This document shows, piece by piece, positions 24,800-30,134 of a stretch of 30,134 nucleotides of DNA. The stretch covers positions 1 to 30,134 of the IMG/VR virus record IMGVR_UViG_3300037420_001196; one strand, 5' to 3'. Both the position numbers and the translations under genes were made by a program. This stretch comes from a virus. Its lineage: Duplodnaviria; Caudoviricetes. Each line of letters starts with the position of its first letter. Within the stretch, counting starts at the first letter, position 1. The notes beneath the pieces were generated by a model, which was given only the letters and a program-made list of their open reading frames with translations, did not search any database and was not told the DNA's origin.

Positions 24800-26006
24800 T
24801 CGCAGCTCCTTGCGGCTCCGGATCGGTGCCAATATTCATATTTGCTGGCGTCAGTGGCTCATCCAATCCGTCGATCGGGTTTAGATCGAGCTTTGCTCGC
24901 GCTTCGTTGCGCGTCATCACGCCGTTCGTAGTGAGTTTGGTGAGGAACTCGGCCGTTGCCTTCGAGTCACCGCGGAGTAAGCCTTCCTCGACGAATTGCG
25001 AGTAATAACCCTCTTCCCGGTCCTTTTTTGTCAGCAAATTGGCGTTGATGGACTGCTCGAGACGCTCATACCAAGGTGAAAGCGTGTGCACTAGGTGCGC
25101 AAGGAACATTTGCTCCGCGCTTGCGTACGTCGCTGCCTTGTCGGAATATCCGACCATGATCGGCAGTACTCGAAAGAAGCGGCAAATCTCTTCGATCTGG
25201 TGCTTTCGCGTCTCGAGGTGCTGCGCGTCGACGCCGGTAATACCGGTATTCAGCCACTTCGCATTGCGATCCAACACTATTGGCTTGCCAGCGTTCGCCA
25301 AACCAGCCATTTCGGTGTCGATCCAGTTCCTCAGATCTTTGTACTGGACTGCATTCAAGGTACCTTCTATTGAATACACGCCAGAAGCACGCACGCCGTT
25401 CTTATGCATGCGCGCATGCTGCTCTTCGGTGGCCATTGCGAGTCCGATTGCCTCGCGCGCAATCCGAACAGCCTCAAGACCCATCCATGTGTTCCAACTC
25501 GGACCTCGGACATGCCATATCGACTCGGCCGGGAAGTCTTTTGTCTTTCCACTCGGCGCCGTTACCGTGTAGGTCAAAGCAAGATTGTCATCGCGCGTCA
25601 CGGTCACACAGCCCGGATCGAGCGGGATTAACTCCTTGATCTTGCCGGCGCCGACAACGTTCTTGAAGGCGAAGAAATTGCCAGTCAAAACCACGTGCCA
25701 CGCCAGCGTTTCGCGAAATTCGAACGACGTTTGCCAGAAGTTCGGACGGCATGCCAGGACTTCATAGAGCGGGTGATCCTTCGCCGGCAGGCGCGACCGG
25801 CCGTCCTTCTCTTCCTTGATCAACTTGAGCGGAACCTGAGCGATTCCCTCGCCAATCACGCGCACACAGGCCACAACCGTTGACACCTCAAGCGCCGTCG
25901 TGATGTTGACCGCCTTACCCGTCGCGGATAGCCTGGTGTTGAAAAAATCCTGCAACTCAGGCGAAAAGGACACGCTTTTCAGGCGCGACGGGACAAGAAA
26001 CGACAT
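24780..26006 (-). CDS. HK97-family portal protein
   Basis: V.ACVRVI...IAQVP, PN..QT.FEF, H.RG, Q.LETRK.Q.EEICR.F.V.P, T.NEAR...L.P. Confidence 0.95.
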   Translation of the reverse strand: MSFLVPSRLKSVSFSPELQDFFNTRLSATGKAVNITTALEVSTVVACVRVIGEGIAQVPLKLIKEEKDGRSRLPAKDHPLYEVLACRPNFWQTSFEFRETLAWHVVLTGNFFAFKNVVGAGKIKELIPLDPGCVTVTRDDNLALTYTVTAPSGKTKDFPAESIWHVRGPSWNTWMGLEAVRIAREAIGLAMATEEQHARMHKNGVRASGVYSIEGTLNAVQYKDLRNWIDTEMAGLANAGKPIVLDRNAKWLNTGITGVDAQHLETRKHQIEEICRFFRVLPIMVGYSDKAATYASAEQMFLAHLVHTLSPWYERLEQSINANLLTKKDREEGYYSQFVEEGLLRGDSKATAEFLTKLTTNGVMTRNEARAKLDLNPIDGLDEPLTPANMNIGTDPEPQGAANGNENP

Positions 26007-26200
26007 TATTTGTCCGCCTTCATAGCCGAAAGCACGCCGAATGTAAGCGTCAGTACGCCGCCAGTGATAAATCCTGCGGCCGGATGCAGGAGCCCTGCAC
26101 CATACGATATGGAGCCGACGCCGGCCACGATCAGGACATCCGGCATTGCGGCCGGCAACTTCGCTCCCAATCCAGCAAGCGCTGCGCGTAGTTTTTGCAT
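26006..26200 (-). CDS. Small two-TM membrane protein between TerL and portal
   Basis: 64 aa; PD.L...G...ISYG......AG.I.GG; stop/start overlaps on both sides. Confidence 0.75.
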   Translation of the reverse strand: MQKLRAALAGLGAKLPAAMPDVLIVAGVGSISYGAGLLHPAAGFITGGVLTLTFGVLSAMKADK

Positions 26201-28962
26201 CAGGATTGTTCCCAGAATGATGTTCCGCTGCCGTCATTGCTCATCGCGCGACCCACTGCCATGATCAGCGCGACAGCGCCGTCGATTTTGTTGTCGTTAC
26301 CTTGCTTGATCGGCCTGACGATGTCGTCGTTGCCTGGCAAGTTCTTCCCGATCACGTTGCCGATACACCAGGTCATGATCGGATTGCCGTCGTGGTGGAA
26401 CCTCCCCGACATGATGGCGGCTTCCAGTTCCTTCATCGGATCGCTCATGTTGGTGTAGTTCTGTGTCACCGTTACCGGATTCAGGCCTTGGTCGTCCAGC
26501 TCATGCGCCAGTGCTGCGGCACCGGTGGGGTCCATCGGGCAAAACTGCACCGGCGACATCCGATTCGCGTCGAGCGTCTCGGCCAGAATCTCCCGGTAGT
26601 CGATCTCGGCACCATCCGTTTCGATCAGCGCCCCGGTGTTCACCCACGCCTGGTACCGCTCGGCCATCCGGCGGTTTTCGGTATCCCTGACAGTGTCTTC
26701 CGGCACCCAGAAGCGCGGCGCCACGCTGTAGTAGTGCCGCTTTCCATCGATCATTCGATAGAACAGGCGCGCCATCGCCGTCAGATCGAGCTTTTTCGAC
26801 AAGTCGTAGCCAAGAATGCACGGCTGGCCTTCGAACTGCTCGAGCGTCAGTGTCGAATCGAAGCAGGCCTTCCAGGTTTCGATGTTGAAATAGCCCGCCT
26901 TCGCCGACGTCCAGACGTTCAGATGCTTGGTCTTGAACGTGTTCGTGAACCGCGCGACGCGTATTGCGCGCTGCTGCTGGCTCTCCAGATAGTCCTGGAA
27001 AACAGAAATCCCAATGTTGGGATTCGCTTTTGCAAGCACCTTAGGATCGGTCCAGTTGTCGCCCTCGTCGATCGTGAAAATCCAGCCGAAGAGCTCGTCG
27101 TCCGGTACCGTGCCCTCCAACATCTCGACAACCTGCCGCCGCTTGTCGTAGCACGGGCCCTCGATGTTCGCGCCGGCCGTCGTGATGATGAACATCAGCG
27201 GCTGGCGGCGCGCGCCCATGCCAGTCAACATGGTTTCGTACAGCGCCGCGGTATCGTGCTCGTGATACTCGTCAACGATCGAACAGGACGGCGACGCGCC
27301 GTCGCCCGGGTTACCAATCAGCGGCTCAAACCGGCTTCCATCCTCCGGCTTGTTCATGTTCTGGGCATTGACCTCGATGCCGGCAGCCTCGATCAACATC
27401 GGCGAGCGCTTGACCATCAGGCGCGCCGGCCGGAATACTTCCCAGGCCTGCTTTTCCGTCGTCGCGCCGGCATACACCTCGGCGCCGAACTCGTCGTCGG
27501 CGACGAACATCCCGATCCCGACACCGGCGGCGATCACACTATTGTGCGTAGGAACCATTCCAAGGCCAGCCAGATACATTCCGGTTTCGACCTGAATGCA
27601 GTTCACCATGCGCTCGCCGACGCTTTCAACACCGATCACCGTGCGAGCTGCGCTACGACGCGCAGTTCCATGCATGCGCATTTGCCGCTCCACTTTCCGA
27701 GGCAAATGCGCAACCGCCATTCCGAAGGGCGGGAAGAATTGAATCTCGTAATTCGCCCCGCAATCCTTGCCATTGAGAACTGCCGTGTCAGTCCGAAGGG
27801 TGGGCTTCATCCCAAGCGAGCGAACCAACTCCATCACGCCGTGCATCAGAGCGTGACTTATCGTGCTGTAAACGACCTGCCCCTTCTTGCTAACATATCC
27901 ATCGGTGTCAATCAGCCCGCGAAGCAGTTCCAACCTTTGCGCAATGGATGCGCGTAAATAAATGTCCGGGATACGCTTTTTTTCAGGACCAAGAATGCCC
28001 AGACCGCGCAACTTGGCTGCCAAGCAGACGTTCCTCGCGGCCTGGCTTCTATCCCCATCCGAAAGTCGATAGAGCCGCGCTTTTCCGCGAAATTCGGCGA
28101 CTGGCACGCATGGAACTCCCTCTGAGCGGATGCGCTCCGGTATTTCTGGATCAGCACTAGTAATCATCGCCGAACGAGAAGTTCCATCGCCAAGCCAAGC
28201 GCCCAGCGTATATGGCGGGACTGGCAATTCAGCATCCGGCAAATCCAATGCCGCAGCGAGCTTAATGCGGTGAACAAAATCACCTCTGCCACCACCTCGT
28301 AATGTGTCAGCGATCTCCCGCGTTTCCACTCTCGGAAGTGGAGCCCTGCTTCCGCGCGGCCGCTTCGTGTACCAGCTCCGATCAGTTACCCATTCGTGTC
28401 GCTCGTGCGCCACGATTGCGCCACAATCGGGAAACTGAACCTCCATCGCCGGGCCAAGGTAGTGATCTGTCACAGCAACTACACGCTGAGGCTTACCGCT
28501 CGAGTCGAAAACTAGATCCCCTGGTACCAAATCGCCATGCCGCTTCCAGCCATCCGGCGTTGGGACAGGCGTATCTACGTCTAATGCTTTACCGTTCTTG
28601 CGGCAGACCTCCCAGTAGCTCTCCCTGAACCGCCGGAGGCCGTCCTTTTTCCGCTTCCAGCCGAACGTGCACGCCAGGCCGAACTTTTGCCACCCCTCCA
28701 GCGTGACCAGTTGCCGCTTGAATGCCCACTCGCCTTTCGTGTGCGGCAGCAGCTCGATCAGCTTGAGCTTCTTCTCGGCTGCTGCCGGGTCGAAGCGATA
28801 CTTGTATGCTTTCGTGCGGCTGGCGACCACGTCGTCGAAATGGCGCTGACATGCCAATTTCACGTATCGGCAGGCCGGGACCCTACCAGCTACCACGTCG
28901 CGAGCCCACTTCAAACCAGCCTCGACGCGCGGGTAGAGCTCCTTTGCCTTTGTCTTAGCCAT
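26200..28962 (-). CDS. terL: Terminase large subunit (920-aa precursor; 571 aa after intein removal)
   Basis: RRFRE.Y.EV.RKNGK|S Walker A; IVDEYHEH Walker B; ITTAG; KANPN; G.DLS...DLTA; [11 protein letters not shown]. Confidence 0.96.
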   Translation of the reverse strand: MAKTKAKELYPRVEAGLKWARDVVAGRVPACRYVKLACQRHFDDVVASRTKAYKYRFDPAAAEKKLKLIELLPHTKGEWAFKRQLVTLEGWQKFGLACTFGWKRKKDGLRRFRESYWEVCRKNGKALDVDTPVPTPDGWKRHGDLVPGDLVFDSSGKPQRVVAVTDHYLGPAMEVQFPDCGAIVAHERHEWVTDRSWYTKRPRGSRAPLPRVETREIADTLRGGGRGDFVHRIKLAAALDLPDAELPVPPYTLGAWLGDGTSRSAMITSADPEIPERIRSEGVPCVPVAEFRGKARLYRLSDGDRSQAARNVCLAAKLRGLGILGPEKKRIPDIYLRASIAQRLELLRGLIDTDGYVSKKGQVVYSTISHALMHGVMELVRSLGMKPTLRTDTAVLNGKDCGANYEIQFFPPFGMAVAHLPRKVERQMRMHGTARRSAARTVIGVESVGERMVNCIQVETGMYLAGLGMVPTHNSVIAAGVGIGMFVADDEFGAEVYAGATTEKQAWEVFRPARLMVKRSPMLIEAAGIEVNAQNMNKPEDGSRFEPLIGNPGDGASPSCSIVDEYHEHDTAALYETMLTGMGARRQPLMFIITTAGANIEGPCYDKRRQVVEMLEGTVPDDELFGWIFTIDEGDNWTDPKVLAKANPNIGISVFQDYLESQQQRAIRVARFTNTFKTKHLNVWTSAKAGYFNIETWKACFDSTLTLEQFEGQPCILGYDLSKKLDLTAMARLFYRMIDGKRHYYSVAPRFWVPEDTVRDTENRRMAERYQAWVNTGALIETDGAEIDYREILAETLDANRMSPVQFCPMDPTGAAALAHELDDQGLNPVTVTQNYTNMSDPMKELEAAIMSGRFHHDGNPIMTWCIGNVIGKNLPGNDDIVRPIKQGNDNKIDGAVALIMAVGRAMSNDGSGTSFWEQS
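27541..28587 (-). mobile_element. Class 3-type intein (349 aa) with LAGLIDADG homing endonuclease, inserted in the TerL Walker A motif
   Basis: GK|[14 protein letters not shown] ... HEW ... LGAWLGDG ... [10 protein letters not shown] ... VNCIQV ... PTHN|S. Confidence 0.93.
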
Positions 28963-29434
28963 TGAGTAGCGCAGCGAATTCGTTATCCGGCTTTTTCTTT
29001 CCGCCGCCAACCAGGCGTGCGCGGCTTGAAGGATCGAGCCCGAGCAGCGCGCCGTAGGTCGCCATTTGCCGTGCTGCCTCGTTGACTGCCGTGAGTGCCG
29101 GGTTCTTCACCGGTCCGCCCTGCGCGCCAGAAACGACAATTCCATGTTTCGCAACTTCCTCACTGGCCATGCGCCAGTTGCCATATGCCCCGCAGAACAC
29201 CTCGACGTTATGCAGGTCGGTCATCTGCAGCACCTGCTGTTTGCACAGCAGCGGCACGACGCGTTCCCACATATCGCGGGCGTACCCGGTGATCCACTCC
29301 GGCGAGTCCACATTCGTGACCGCCCCGAAATCCGGTTCCTCTTTATTCAGCGCTCGCTTGCCTGGATTCCCAGCTGCGATCTTTCGCTGCGTCGGTTTGG
29401 GTTTTCGGCCGGAGCGCCCGGCTACACCAGGCAT
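28955..29434 (-). CDS. terS: Terminase small subunit, P27 family
   Basis: [33 protein letters not shown]. Confidence 0.93.
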   Translation of the reverse strand: MPGVAGRSGRKPKPTQRKIAAGNPGKRALNKEEPDFGAVTNVDSPEWITGYARDMWERVVPLLCKQQVLQMTDLHNVEVFCGAYGNWRMASEEVAKHGIVVSGAQGGPVKNPALTAVNEAARQMATYGALLGLDPSSRARLVGGGKKKPDNEFAALLNG

Positions 29435-29591
29435 GGCCCTGCTCCTATGTTGGGTGAATACCAACCGGCGTCAGGTCGATGCCCGGCGGCAATCCATTAA
29501 GTTTTATTTTTCGCGGGTGCGAAAATTTGACGGGGCGGACGGTCACACGCGAAAAAGCTGCAGAGATTTCCCGCCCCCCTTGACGGCATGC

Positions 29592-29978
29592 CTACCTCGA
29601 CCAGCCTCGCCGCTCCCGCGCTGTCTTTTCCTTGTGGCATTCGGAGTTGATCGCCTGGAGGTTGCTGTCGTCCTCGATCTGCTCACGCGTCCATCCGAGT
29701 CTCTTCGCCTCGGCCTTGCTGACGATGTGGTCAACCTCGTCGCCGCAATGGACGATGCCGTGCTTCAGGCATGGCTGGCAGAGCCCGCTGTCCCGATGGA
29801 GGATTCGCTCCCTCTTCTTCCGCCACTCTGCGTCGTATCCGCGCTCTGCCGCACTCTTTCCTTGGTGACTGCGATTCCAGCCGACCGACTCCTGTTTGTG
29901 CTTCTCGCAAAAGCCAGGCTGTTCGATCAGCGCGCCGCAGCCTCTATGGCGGCAAATAGACTTCGGACGCCGCGGCAT
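29592..29978 (-). CDS. Packaging-associated HNH endonuclease (HK97 gp74-like)
   Basis: C....C...C..H, RGY...W.K.R..IL.RD..LCQPC, VDHI, NLQ.I...CH..KT. Confidence 0.93.
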   Translation of the reverse strand: MPRRPKSICRHRGCGALIEQPGFCEKHKQESVGWNRSHQGKSAAERGYDAEWRKKRERILHRDSGLCQPCLKHGIVHCGDEVDHIVSKAEAKRLGWTREQIEDDSNLQAINSECHKEKTARERRGWSR

Positions 29979-30134
29979 CAGTGCACCGTGCCCCGCGCCG
30001 ACTGCTGCCCGATGTGCACCGGCTCCATGTTGATCTCGTGCCGCTCCTCGCACTTCGCGATCTCGACCAGCACCTGCAGCTCAACTCGGAACTGATGCTT
30101 GGTGCGCGCATCTGCCCCTGCGTAGTGCGCCTCG
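29978..30134 (-). CDS. Hypothetical protein, 3' end only
   Basis: Frame open from the window edge (EAHYAGADARTKHQFRVELQVLVEIAK...TVH*) ending in a TGATG overlap with the HNH start. Confidence 0.55.
   Translation of the reverse strand, partial: EAHYAGADARTKHQFRVELQVLVEIAKCEERHEINMEPVHIGQQSARGTVH

Larger units (their letters stand above)
447..30134 (-). mobile_element. HK97-like siphovirus prophage (cargo, lysis, tail, head and packaging modules), continuing beyond the right edge
   Basis: Colinear HNH-TerS-TerL-portal-protease-capsid-connector-tail-TMP-fibre-lysis order on the minus strand, ending next to a tRNA; left boundary inferred. Confidence 0.93.

Noticed and set aside
4591-26237. Longest-ORF starts given in the track for Rz, endolysin, fibre, gp10, 154-aa protein, portal and others
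   Set aside because: They overlap upstream genes extensively; downstream ATGs with an RBS or stop/start coupling were used instead.
26302-27957. 551-aa plus-strand ORF
   Set aside because: Antisense to terL; no recognisable domain.
29082-30095. 337-aa plus-strand ORF
   Set aside because: Antisense across terS, the cos region and HNH; implausible composition.

Overview
The first ~450 bp are host chromosome, probably a Burkholderiales betaproteobacterium: the 3' end of a Bug/TctC solute-binding gene and tRNA-Pro(GGG). The rest is the late half of an HK97-like siphovirus prophage that appears integrated at that tRNA and continues past the right edge; no integrase is in the window. Next to the tRNA is a cargo block: an AT3/OafA-like acyltransferase, a LexA-box-linked SRAP module and a secreted HNH protein. 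On the minus strand follow the lysis cassette (Rz/Rz1, GH19 endolysin, holins), tail, head-tail, capsid, protease, portal, TerL, TerS and HNH genes. Most notable: (1) Sec-like signal peptides on the major capsid protein and on a second putative structural protein; (2) a four-gene fibre-like cassette between capsid and connector genes, including a protein of 12 repeats of ~21 aa; (3) a CstII/Maf-like glycosyltransferase gene among the head-tail genes; (4) a class 3 (Ala1, WCT) LAGLIDADG intein in the TerL Walker A motif; (5) a possible pseudoknot at the tail-chaperone RBS plus a -1 frameshift signal. All family calls come from motif recognition by eye, not database searches.
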